Assembly (NCBI RefSeq): GCF_001194135.2 | Contig: NC_068983.1 | Span: 1,607,360 to 1,650,126 of the forward strand | Length of the DNA stretch: 42,767 bases | From: Octopus bimaculoides | Taxonomy: Eukaryota | Direction of reading: 5' to 3' | In this document: positions 11,032 to 22,080 of the stretch, in pieces | Numbering within the stretch: position 1 is the stretch's first letter | How the letters are laid out: each line of letters starts with the position of its first letter | Notes under the pieces: generated by a model | Seen by the model: only the letters and a program-made list of their open reading frames with translations | Told to the model about the DNA's origin: nothing | Databases searched by the model: none | Made by a program: the position numbers and the translations under genes

Positions 11032-11799
11032 GCAGAATTAACAGAGTGACCTACGTACTGAGAGTTTGGTGTTTTACCACCTATCGGTTTGAAGAGTGTT
11101 AATACACGAAACTCTTGGCCCTTGAGTCAATCTGTAACCTCAGCGAATTCTTGATAAAAAAATCTTCGTATACACTCATGCTTTGAATTCTATTTTCAAT
11201 TTACATCACCGAACCTGTATACATATGTGCGTGTATGTGTGCGTGCGTGTGTCTGAATGTGATTGTGTGTGTGCGCATGTGAGTGTGTGCGCGCACTGTG
11301 TGTTGTAATTATTCAGAAGAAAGAGCTTGTGCTTGTTCTTTTCTACAGGTCACATGCAATGCTCAGTGGAGAGCCCAGTGAGTACAGAAACGAACTAACG
11401 TCATTGAGCGTTTTATAACATATATTATAAACTTCGATAATATTTCAGGAACATTAGTAACAACGTATGTACATCGGTGTATGAAACACATCGGTTCCGT
11501 GTAGGATAGCCAAGCTATACGTCCAGTGAGATTCTACTGCTTATTGCACTTTTATATAGCTTTCTGATTCAAACTAGTTGTTATGCGATGCTATGACATA
11601 ATGTCTGAGTGGCAGTAATGTAAGCGGTTGTATACACATTGGTTCGACAATTTACGGTGCTCTAGATACGAGGATCTAAAATTACTCCCTATATATATTA
11701 AAACGAAATTAGTTTATAGAATTTAATTTTTACTGTGCAATGTTGTTATTCTAAGGTGTAAGAAATCAGCCACTGTTGTCTGGTATATTATTGATTTTT

Positions 11800-11912
11800 G
11801 TAAGATGTTCGTTTTAGTTTGGATTTCATTTGTTTTATAGCTTTTGTTGTTTCTTCTTCTTCTTCTTCTTCTTCTTCTTCTTCTTCTTCTTCTTCTTCTT
11901 CTTCTTCTTCTT

Positions 11913-11943
<31 letters not shown>

Positions 11944-12185
11944 TTCTTCTTCTTCGTCTTCTTCTTCTTCTTCTTCGTGTTTGTTAGGTAGATTGATTTC
12001 TTGTTTGTATTTGTCAGCTTCCTTAAATACTGAAAACAGTTTTTTGTGTTGCTCGTGTTTTGTGGCTATTTGTATTAGTTTCCCTTGCTTCTGGAGTAGG
12101 TATTTTTGCAGTCCTATGGTGGTTATTTTATAATAGTTTTCTAGCTGTATAAGACCCCTGCCACCTTCTGTGCGTTGTATATATT
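11800..12185 (-). mobile_element. Internal fragment of an R4/Dong-type retrotransposon (RT thumb plus linker) containing an expanded (GAA)n
   Basis: One frame reads IQRTEGGRGLIQLENYYKITTIGLQKYLL...EINLPNKH-(poly-E)-TTKAIKQMKSKLKR. R.EGGRGL is the typical post-RT motif of RLE-clade elements. Confidence 0.75.
11851..11976. repeat. (TTC)n/(GAA)n microsatellite, 42 triplets with 2 variant units
   Basis: Direct count of 126 bp. Variants are TTA at 11941-11943 and GTC at 11956-11958. Confidence 0.97.
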
Positions 12186-12209
12186 ATTATTATTTTTTTT
12201 TTTTTAATT

Positions 12210-13450
12210 TTATTTCTCAGAGCGCTCGTTCTTCTTTTTTTCTGGTATATTCTGTGTGAGAGCGGACTGCAGCCTGCTGTCAGGGGTTTCACAGAGACTC
12301 CTTCCACACATTAAAATCTTTGATACTTGGTTCTTTATTATCGTGGGAGACATTCAACATCCAAGTACCAATCTCAAAATCCTAGCTATCGTCAGCAGAG
12401 CAGTTTTTTGGGCTTGCTCTGCTCTCATTTCAATTCCGATTTCTCTGATATATTGCTTGAACTCGGTTGTTAATCCCCCGACTGCCCTTATAACTACTGG
12501 AATGACAGACACTCTCCTCATAGTTCACATTCTTGCAATTTTGTCTTTTTTAATAGTCTACTTTTTAACCCTTTTTATTTTTGTCGACCACAACAATATC
12601 TGCTCTCTGAGCCTCGATTTGGGAGTCACTTTGGATTGTAAAATCCCACAGTATCTTATATACCATGCTTTCGGTGACTCCTTCTGCTTCAGATTCTTGG
12701 CTCAAATCCTTCAACTCAATTTTCCACCCCGCTATATACGTTACATTCCTCGCAATTCCAAACAAATCCAAGCACTCGATGACTCGATGATCCACGAATG
12801 TGGAATCATATAAACTTTGTGATAACCCATTCAGGTCAATCCCAAGTTTGTCTTCCTTCGTTTACAATCTTGCATTACCATTTTGTCTATCAATAATTGG
12901 TCTTTGGTACCTCCTCATCTCCTCGTACAACCCTTTCTTTCTGTTGATAACATATCATCTTCATCAAGAAATTTGAACAGTTCTTCTGCAATTCCTCCTG
13001 ACAGTAACTTCCACATTAATGAGAAGGAAGTAATTAGCTTGTAATTGTCGGCGGTATTTGCCTTTGATGCATCCTTCAGACACAACAATGTTCCTACATT
13101 TGTCAACCAGCCCGTGATTTCTTCTCCGCCATCGATCAATGCATTAAATTGCTCTGTGATCAATTTATGACACCCACTGAACGTATTTATCCTAAATCTG
13201 TGTACACCATCAGGTTCTGCTGCTTTCCAGTTGTATATCTTTTGACTCATATTTCTGATACTGTCTTCGGTGCAGTAGATAGCCTCCTGCTAGAGATAAG
13301 AAGCTGTTTGCTTCAGGCTGCAAAGCCATTCAGCTGTAATATTATCTTGTTCTTACTTACTCCATATCTTTCCGAGAACTATCGGCCTCTATCAATATCA
13401 GGAACTAAGCTTTCACATCTTATACGATTATTAATTTCTCGATAAATATT
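12210..13450 (-). mobile_element. R4/Dong-type retrotransposon with an internal deletion (RT N-terminal half joined to RLE), decayed
   Basis: NWKAAEPDGVH...NYKLITSFSLMWKLLSGGI...ERKGCTR...GTKDQLLIDK...IPHSWI, then LDLFGIARNV joined to KILWDFTIQSD..IEAQRADIVVVDK...VIPVVIRAVG...TALLTIARILRLVLGC*. The 3' UTR ends in poly(A)+(AAT)3 at ~12183-12210. Confidence 0.85.
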
Positions 13451-13769
13451 ATTTGGTTGATTCTAAACAATTTGTTTTACCGGTATTGTTTAATCCGTTG
13501 TTATTATTACTACGTTTTTTTTTTTTTAATGTTAGAAAACAACGCCAAATCGGTTTTGGTTGCTTGAGATTCTGTTTATTCCCTTGTTACGGAAGAGCCA
13601 CGGATGGATAAGATCAAGCTGGTAGGGATTAAAATTTATGCAAACATGTGCGCGGAGGAGGGGATGGGCATGTTCTAAGTAATACTATTACTAACCTTAC
13701 CGTCACCACCACTAATACAATTATTACCACTATTATTAGTATTATTATTGTTGCTGTTGTTGTCGTTGC

Positions 13770-13787
13770 TGCTGCTGCTGCTGCTGC

Positions 13788-13818
<31 letters not shown>

Positions 13819-13820
13819 AT
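13770..13820. repeat. (GTT)n/(GCT)n compound microsatellite
   Basis: Direct inspection. Confidence 0.9.
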
Positions 13821-14968
13821 CCGCCTCTGCCAACATTCGATGTATGTACCGTTCTTAAAAACCTTTGTTATTTATATCTATTATCTGCTACATATATTAT
13901 TTGAGTTTTCATTCTTCCTATCGCCATAAGTTTGTCATACATATCCCTAATTCTCCTTTACCTTTTCGAAGGGGCATTTTCAGTGATCAACATTATTTTT
14001 GTAACGTTTGCATTAATGAGACACCTTAAATTTTTAATTTATTGTTTGCCTTGTAATTTAAAGGACTCCATAAATTGCAACCTGATCCAATGAAATACCG
14101 ATTATTTTTTTGTTCCGTCGTCTAACTAATCTTAAATATTCTTCTATAAAACTAAATTTGAAAATTATATTTCCTCTCTCCCCGCTTTTTAATCTCAACG
14201 TCGCATTCTGATTCATATGTTGCCATTGGAAATATGACATTTTGAATAATTTCAACTTAGATTTCTACTTACTGATATTCAGATAACATTTAAAGAGATA
14301 ACAGCAGGATTTGCAACTGGAATTAGCTTTATCTCTTTGACGCATTCATATTAATTTCCAGTAAAAGTCTTCAGCTACCAAAATGCATCCACCAGTTGAC
14401 AATCTCATTTCCAATTACTTTATACCGTTAAGGTAAGAAACGGAATCCGAGGCAAACAGAAGTTTGATTGAATGCACAAAATTGAAGCAAAAATTGTTGT
14501 CGATAAAAATAAATTACAGAAATTATGTGAATTGAGGAGTGAAATATAAAGTTTCCGATATTTGTCGCTTCCCAGAGAGGATTACCTATAAAGGAGGATT
14601 TCATCTTTAGAATATAAATGAAAAATATGAGAATTTAAGAAATATTCATGAAGAGAAGGGCTGCTAAATTTTGTGAAGAGTGTGTGAGGAGAAAGAGTGG
14701 GAGGCAATAGATGAATGACGTGAGTGGGAGTGAAGATTATGGTGAGGAGTGTCAGTAGCAGGAGCCATTTTATTTCAATATATAATGTTTTGGGAAAATC
14801 AGGTCAGGTGAATTGATGAACTGTTATGGCACAGAGGTTCAAAAGCAGGGATGTAGAGACGAAGATATAAATTCAGACCTATACAATCGATTACGTATTC
14901 TCGTGAATATGTAGACAATTTTATACATACATAAAGATTGTTCTAAACACATGTACATACACACACCC

Positions 14969-15007
<39 letters not shown>

Positions 15008-15046
15008 CGCACACACGCACACGCACATACACGGACACACACACAT

Positions 15047-15081
<35 letters not shown>

Positions 15082-15790
15082 AGTTCTCTCCGTTAAGAGG
15101 CGTGTATGCAGGAACAGTCCCGATCAAGCTGGCAGGATGTTAGGATCCTTCCCCGCGGATGGACTTACGGATGACAAAACCGATCATTTCGTTAATGTGA
15201 ACACTTCTCACTTAGGAGGCAGGTCCTACAGAAAATCCTCTTGCCTAGTTTATTTGATTTGTAACGACCCTTGGTACCCGATCGTTAGGAGAATCCTGAG
15301 TGACTGGCAACCTGAGTATTATGCCTGATGCTGTCACTGCATCTGTTAAGTATACGGGAGATTTCATTTCGTATGTATCTGGTCTTAGTACAAACGAAAT
15401 GGGTCGATTTGTAGTGAACGAAGCGTACTCCGACTACGACCAATACATGTGCCACCAGCGCCAAAACCGACTACTACCATGGGATTTACCACCACCGCCA
15501 GCAACACTGCTGTACACAACCACCTTCACTACCACTGCTGCTAACCTTATACTCAGTCATCCACCCACAATGATCTCTACGACACCAGCAATATCATCTT
15601 TTGGGGAAACCACTGCTGTAACACCAACTTGTCTAAACGGGATCACTGCCTATTCTGCTATCCAACTGGCAGGTATACCTCTGAAGAAGGGTCTCTCATC
15701 ATTGTTAGAAGCTCTCCCCTTTCCTTTTTTCTCTATTAGTATACTTCTGTATCATAATGCTTAAAGTGAACTATAACGCTCTTCTAATAT

Positions 15791-16315
15791 NNNNNNNNNN
15801 NNNNNNNNNNNNNNNNNNNNNNNNNNNNNNNNNNNNNNNNNNNNNNNNNNNNNNNNNNNNNNNNNNNNNNNNNNNNNNNNNNNNNNNNNNNNNNNNNNNN
15901 NNNNNNNNNNNNNNNNNNNNNNNNNNNNNNNNNNNNNNNNNNNNNNNNNNNNNNNNNNNNNNNNNNNNNNNNNNNNNNNNNNNNNNNNNNNNNNNNNNNN
16001 NNNNNNNNNNNNNNNNNNNNNNNNNNNNNNNNNNNNNNNNNNNNNNNNNNNNNNNNNNNNNNNNNNNNNNNNNNNNNNNNNNNNNNNNNNNNNNNNNNNN
16101 NNNNNNNNNNNNNNNNNNNNNNNNNNNNNNNNNNNNNNNNNNNNNNNNNNNNNNNNNNNNNNNNNNNNNNNNNNNNNNNNNNNNNNNNNNNNNNNNNNNN
16201 NNNNNNNNNNNNNNNNNNNNNNNNNNNNNNNNNNNNNNNNNNNNNNNNNNNNNNNNNNNNNNNNNNNNNNNNNNNNNNNNNNNNNNNNNNNNNNNNNNNN
16301 NNNNNNNNNNNNNNN
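15791..16315. other. Assembly gap (N run)
   Basis: 525 Ns; ORFs at 15757-16540 spanning it are artefacts. Confidence 0.99.
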
Positions 16316-16336
16316 ATATATATATATATATATATA

Positions 16337-17239
16337 CCAGTGACCATCATGAGGCAGTATGTTGAGTGATATCAATGTGCATACTTGGCAAGTTGTGAAA
16401 TTTGTGCTTTTGATCGTTGGACCACAATCAAAGTCATCGCTGAAGTGTTGGTCTGTCGTATGTATCCGTGCAGGCAATCCTAACGTCTCAGTTGGAAATG
16501 CGGTGTGTGTCCGCCAATGTTGTCTCCCGCTGCTGACCACTGAGCAGAAATAACATTGCGTTGAAATCTGACAATTTCTCCTTCATGTCGAAGATCAACC
16601 ACGGTGACGAGAATTTGGTCTACAGGTACAACCCTGATAGAAATAGTAGTTGTCGCAATGAAAGAGGTCCTCATCTCCACGACCGAAAATGCACTACAGA
16701 ACTGCAACCCAATCAAGAGCATCCTCATCGCTTTTTGCGACAACCACGGCATTGTCAATCGAGAATTCGTCCTCCACGTCCAGACCGTCAATCGAGAATT
16801 TTACGGCAAAGTTTTAAAGCGTTTGCGGGAGGACATTCAGTGAAGGTGACCAGATCTGTAGAGCGCGAAGAATTGGATTTTTCACGAGGACAATGCACCG
16901 TCATTGAGCTCTCCTCACTCGTGACTTTCACGCCAGAAACAACTTGACATCACAACTCCACCCTATTTGATCACCAAATTTAGCTAATGCGGACTCCATC
17001 TCTTCCAGAAAAGGAAAATGCAGCTCAAAGGTCGCCATTTTAACACCGTTGTCGAGATCAAGAACGAATCTCAGATGGCTCTCCACTCACGGAAAACGAC
17101 TTCCAGACCGTATTCCAAAAGTGTCAGGGACGGTGGGACAGGTGTACTGCTGTTCAAGGTGACTATTTCAAAGGAGATGATGATAAAACTTAGACAAATA
17201 AATTGTTCTTATTGAATATAACTAATCTGGTAACACCTC

Positions 17240-17240
<1 letters not shown>
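16337..17240 (+). mobile_element. Decayed mariner transposon (irritans/Himar-Hsmar2-like), 5'-truncated, 3' TIR present
   Basis: KINHGDENLVYRYNP (D1), IKSILIAFCDNHGIVNREFV...QTVNREFYGKVLKRLRE, NWIFHEDNAP (D2), SPNLANAD (D3), LKGRHFNTVVEIK...GRWDRCTAVQGDYFKGD. Ends ...GGTAACACCTCG|TA at 17240, followed by (TA)n. Confidence 0.9.
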
Positions 17241-17275
<35 letters not shown>

Positions 17276-17660
17276 GTACGTATGTATATATATATATGTG
17301 TGTCTGTATATTTCGTAATATACACAATACACGTTTTTATGTGTTACTTATAGTTTCCTATATTGAGAAATACCTGAAACATATTTTACTTTTTTAAATT
17401 TTTAACTGTCATTTTTTCGTTTTCCGGTTTTTAATTTTACACGTTTTCTATATGCTTTCTTCCTAACTATACACGTTTCTTCTCTCATTCAAGTTTCAGT
17501 TCGTTATATGTGGTTTGTGCCTAATGAATATGTTTGAGATATTTTTCGACATATTAGCACTTGTAGCAGAGGAAAACACAAATGTTAGTTTGTATATATT
17601 TATATACACGTATTTGTACATTTAGCTTTACAGCTTCCAAAATTGCGGTTTAATTTGTCA

Positions 17661-17733
17661 GCGAGCAGTTTAGCTTAGAGTTAAAGGACTTGACCGCAGC
17701 CTTGAAGGAATGTGGGATCAAGTCCCATGGCGG
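17661..17733 (+). mobile_element. tRNA-like SINE head remnant (not a functional tRNA)
   Basis: A-box-like TAGCTTAGAGTTAAAG and T-arm-like GTGGG-ATCAAGT-CCCAT; no acceptor stem. Confidence 0.35.
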
Positions 17734-18004
17734 TTTGTTGAGGAATTTTTCCGCTTTTTAACGGTAATCTACCCATTATTTCTGCTGTTCTAACGGCGTT
17801 TCTGTGTCTGTAAATAAATTACCATCTAATTTGTATCTTACAATATATATGCAGCCCAGAATTATCCGAATGTTATGACCTACATCCACATTGTGTTATT
17901 AGTTCCTTTCTTATGGGCAGAATCGACACTCGGGGAGTGTGAAGCAGACAAATCTTTATAAACATGTTTTTCGGTCATTTGCTGATGAACAACGCTGTTA
18001 GAAT

Positions 18005-18144
18005 ACTACCAAATTCTGTCACGAGTTTGTGGTTGGCCTAGGGCTATAGTAGAAAACATTAGCCCAAGGTACCATGCAGAGGGACTGAACGTGGAACCAT
18101 GTGGTTGAAAAGCAAATTTCTATACGATACAGTCATTGTTGCCC
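18005..18144 (-). mobile_element. tRNA-derived SINE 5' half (family of 30094-30250)
   Basis: The reverse complement reads ...CAACCACATGGTTCCACGTTCAGTCCCTCTGCATGGTACCTTGGGCTAATGTTTTCTACTATAGCCCTAGGCC, collinear with 30120-30200. Confidence 0.65.
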
Positions 18145-19030
18145 CTAATATGTGTGTGTACGTGTGTTTACATTTGTTGTTAAATCGAGTATTGTGCCAA
18201 ACCATGTCTCAAAGTTAGCAATTCATCAAGTAGAGAATATATATATAAAATACATGTCGGATTGCAAAACGTACTGAGGTCAGTATGATCAATTAAGTAT
18301 TTGAAGGTGATACCCCATCACGGTGATCGCCGAAAGACTAAACCCGGGAAAAATAATTTTTAAGACATAATGGCTTCAAATTTAAGGTAATCTATTACTA
18401 ACCACAACATAATGAGTTCAAAACTTTGTATTGATCTTCCACTCTATACGATAATACTATATGTACATCTCAGTGTACTTGACTTCCAAACATTAACAAC
18501 TGTAGTTTGAAGTTGAATGGTTAGCAGTAAGAAAGATGCCCAGATTTCTTAAGAAATTATTGTGCAAAATATTGAGAAAAAGTATTTTTGTCACCACAAC
18601 AAAACACATACACACACAACACAGAGGTGTCTCTGTGGTAACTTGAGCTTATACAAATAGCAGCCAGATCTCTCTTAAAACACACCCTTTCATCGAAATA
18701 TGCGATGATTCTGCTATAGCAGAGGCAACTCCGGGCTAAACAAAACACTGACAAAAATACTTCACATTAAAAGATTATCTACTAAATAATATTAATAAAG
18801 TTGACGGTACATTCCCTGGTAAAACACTATTTTAAGACTGTTCATGCAGAGTTGCTTCCCTTTTAGCTGAAAACCTCAAAATTGTGCGACCAGAAGGCGT
18901 TTTCGAGAGATTTGTAGTAGAAAAGAGTTGTGCAAAAAGCATACTTTATTTAGTAGCCGAAAATTACTGAATCTTTTGATACCCCGTACGTCAGAATCGG
19001 CAACTCAGGTTTCGAATACATAAGGAAAAT

Positions 19031-19037
<7 letters not shown>

Positions 19038-19122
<85 letters not shown>

Positions 19123-19139
19123 AAACTCATACACACACA
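19038..19139. repeat. (CA)n microsatellite
   Basis: Direct inspection. Confidence 0.97.
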
Positions 19140-19309
19140 CTGTTATATTTTATAAGATATATAGATATCTATTATTCACAAATAAAGAATATTTATCCAT
19201 CAATGCCATGTTTAGCACTCATTCTCATTGTCCGGCATTTACGTATATGTGTGTATGTATGTGCTTGTGTGTGGTTCATTCGTCAATGCAAATCCTTGCA
19301 TGACGAAAA

Positions 19310-20110
19310 GTAATATTGACTGGATCTGATTTTAAAATGCAAAGAGGATGAGTAAATACTGAAAGCCATTTCTAGCCAGCGCTCTAATAATTCTCGTAAT
19401 TTGAAGTCTAAAAACCAGTATATGTTCGAATATTTGAGGTTGGGCGATATTCTTCAACTGAATTTTATTGTGACTTCAAAAATACTCAAAAGCATTCTTT
19501 CTTATATCCTTTGGATAGACATTAAATAGAGAAGACAACTGATATCTCCTTGTCGTGCACTAGACTATATCAAACAATTCTGTGAAATCCACTTCGTTTC
19601 TGACAGTTGCTGTTTGCTGAGAATACAGTGATTTTAATAATTCTATAAAACATACAGGAAATACTATTTTAGCTATCACAGACCATAATTTGTCATGAAC
19701 AGCTTCGTCAAAAGCTTTTGTGATAATAAAAACGCAATGAATAATTCTTCATCATATTCTCTACTTTACCGAATAACCATCTTTAGGTTAAGAATAACAT
19801 CCCTCATTTCATTTCCACTTCTAAACCAAACTGTTTCGCAGCTATTTTCATTCATTTTTGACTTCAATTCTGTCAGCAATGATTTTTCAGAATTTTTTCT
19901 CATGATTTCTCAGCGCCAATATTATGTTGTTCCTCCACTGCATTATTTTGCTTTTTTGGTAAGGAGATAAAAATTGATTTACTTCGCTCATTTGGCCATA
20001 AATTTCAGTTTCAGATATTTCGTGTTCACAGACACTCTTATAATTTCAAACGGGTCTCTTAGCCATTTTTTTCAACATTCTGTTTCTATTCCGTCCAAAA
20101 CGACACTTGT
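19310..20110 (-). mobile_element. Decayed RTE-clade LINE, reverse transcriptase fragment
   Basis: Across frameshifts: KSIFISLPKK, AAKQFG, HDKLWSVI..IVFPVCFIELLKSLYSQQTATVR, ARQGDI, SLFNVYPKDI and NLKYSN, matching RTE RT (IFI.LPKK; QFGFR; KAFD.V.H.KLW; GVRQG.ILSP.LFN; NLRYADD). Confidence 0.75.
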
Positions 20111-21439
20111 TTTTTAATATTTTCTCTTCAGGTTTTTCTCCCTCTATTCTCTGTATTTACTCTATATCTTATGTGTTGTTGTGTTGCATTTAAGTGCTTG
20201 TATACTGTGTATTCTGTGTGTGTTATGTGTTCATGTGCTTTCCTTTTTATTTTCCAATCGTTTGAATTTGCTTTGGTTCTGCTAGAAACAAGACCTGTGG
20301 TGATTGAGTAGTCCTATTCTTTTGAGCCAGATGATTAGTGCAGAGTTGGAGCAATTATGCAAATATGCCTGGAAAAGAGTGAGAAGATTTAATTCGAAAA
20401 TAGTAAAGTGATCAGAGGATTTAGAAATATTATGTTGTTTTCCAATGTTAATCGTTCTGTTTGATATAATTTCGAAACCTGATGGTAAATACACAGATTT
20501 TAAGTTAGCGCTAACCAATAATTTGTTCTCATTAAATAACATAAATGGATGTCCAGGGGAAACAGGTCATGGAATACAGTGAAATAGATAATTATATTCA
20601 ATACAGCGCTGGAGGGGCCTGAATCTACAGAGAGTATAAGACAATGAATAAGATATTCAAGAGAGAAACTGCTAATAGAATGAAGGTAAAGATCGGTTGT
20701 AGAGAGGAAGAATTTTAAGTAAATAGGGGACGTGGCTTGGCATAAACAGAACTTTGCATTTGCACCATACTTTAAATATACTGTACCAAGAGAATATACC
20801 GTGGACAGATGTAGAGAACCGAGAATAACTGGGAAGGGTTGTGGCTGTGTTCTACATTGATACATTACATAGTTTATACAAAGTACGGAAACCAAATTGA
20901 ATTCGGGAGCGTCTTATTAACCTACACCGGGAAACGCTTAGATGCGTAATTAATAGAAGCAGCCAACTGACATAAGTAGAGACAAATTGAATACTCAGAA
21001 ATGAAGTCACTCACATAATGAAGAATTAGAAGCCAAATAAACGAAATAGAATCACCTACAATTTACACGAATGAATAATCAAAGAACATGATTATATTAA
21101 ATCATAAAACCTATCTATTTTAAATTTTGCATTTAAATCAAAATTGAAAACTTTCATCTTTATGTTATAATGAAGTGAAGGGAAAGTCTAAAGCGGCAAA
21201 AACAACTATGAAACAGACGAAAATATATGAATGATGCATCAAGAAGTTCCAAGTGAGAAAAAAACATGGAAGCCGTTGTTTCGTAAATCTTTTAATGGAA
21301 AGACAGTATGTGCTTCGTAAATCATTTCGGAGGGAAGTGAGAATACGGATTAAAATACACCAGTCACCTAAATATAGATGCCAAATTGTATAATCATAGT
21401 GAAGCAGTTCTAGATATAAATGTTTTTTTTTGTTTTTTT

Positions 21440-22080
21440 TCATACTGTGATAACGTAATCTGGATCAACAGTTTGAGTTTAAAAACCTAATTAACTACAT
21501 AAATCATAATATCCAATTCACAGAAGAATACAGGCACAAACAATTACCGTCTTTGGATATCCTAATCTTAAAAAGAGGAATTAACATTGAAGCGAACATG
21601 TGGCTCAAAACAATACCTACTCGTTCCTTCCTGCCATTCAGAACAGACAAAACCAGTATAACTTGGCAATAAGAATTTACAGAATTTTATCCAATCCTGA
21701 AACCTGAAAACATATTATTTAAAAGAAAATATCTGGGGAACTTAATCAATAACTGAACAGAAGGTGCAAAAGACGACAGGCATCCAAGAATTACAAAAAA
21801 AGACAAAACAAAACAAGAAAATGCCCTGATAGACATAAAACTTTATTTATTTTGCATCAAAATACAATCCACGAAACATGGAAGCATATACTATCATCCA
21901 TATACCCCTTCTGTTGAACCATGTGCAAATGAAAAAAACACTAGTAACGCATAATTATTATCGAAACTAAATGACAAACTAAGTCTCTACAAAGGCTACG
22001 CATTAGCGCCAAATTACCCACCAAAAATACAAGCAAAAATGATAACCATCCTAATTAGGGAATCTGCATCAATCTCATGA
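21440..22080 (+). mobile_element. Decayed Penelope-like element (RT thumb/linker)
   Basis: FEFKNLINYINHNIQFTEEYRHKQLPSLDILILK (cf. IQFTME....LPFLD.LI.K) and YFASKYNPRNMEAYTII (cf. LPFVSTYNP.N). It may extend upstream to ~20950. Confidence 0.6.

Noticed and set aside
11819-12133. Poly-Ser plus-strand ORF (104 aa)
   Set aside because: It is the antisense reading of the (GAA)n-containing retrotransposon fragment.
12256-13445. Hydrophobic plus-strand ORFs that look like membrane proteins
   Set aside because: They are antisense to A-rich retrotransposon coding sequence. The same applies to 31086-31559 and 32373-32816.
13590-15145. Shared GATCAAGCTGG.AGG and C.CGGATGGA words at ~13600 and ~15120-15160
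   Set aside because: The matches are short and in a different order; this is compatible with chance.
15300-15764. 154-aa ORF as a host gene
   Set aside because: It has no recognisable domain, is partly built from ACC/ACT triplet runs, and has no supporting splice structure.
17661-17733. Functional tRNA gene
   Set aside because: It lacks an acceptor stem and has an altered T-loop. The SINE heads at 27288 and 30094 likewise cannot form full cloverleaves.
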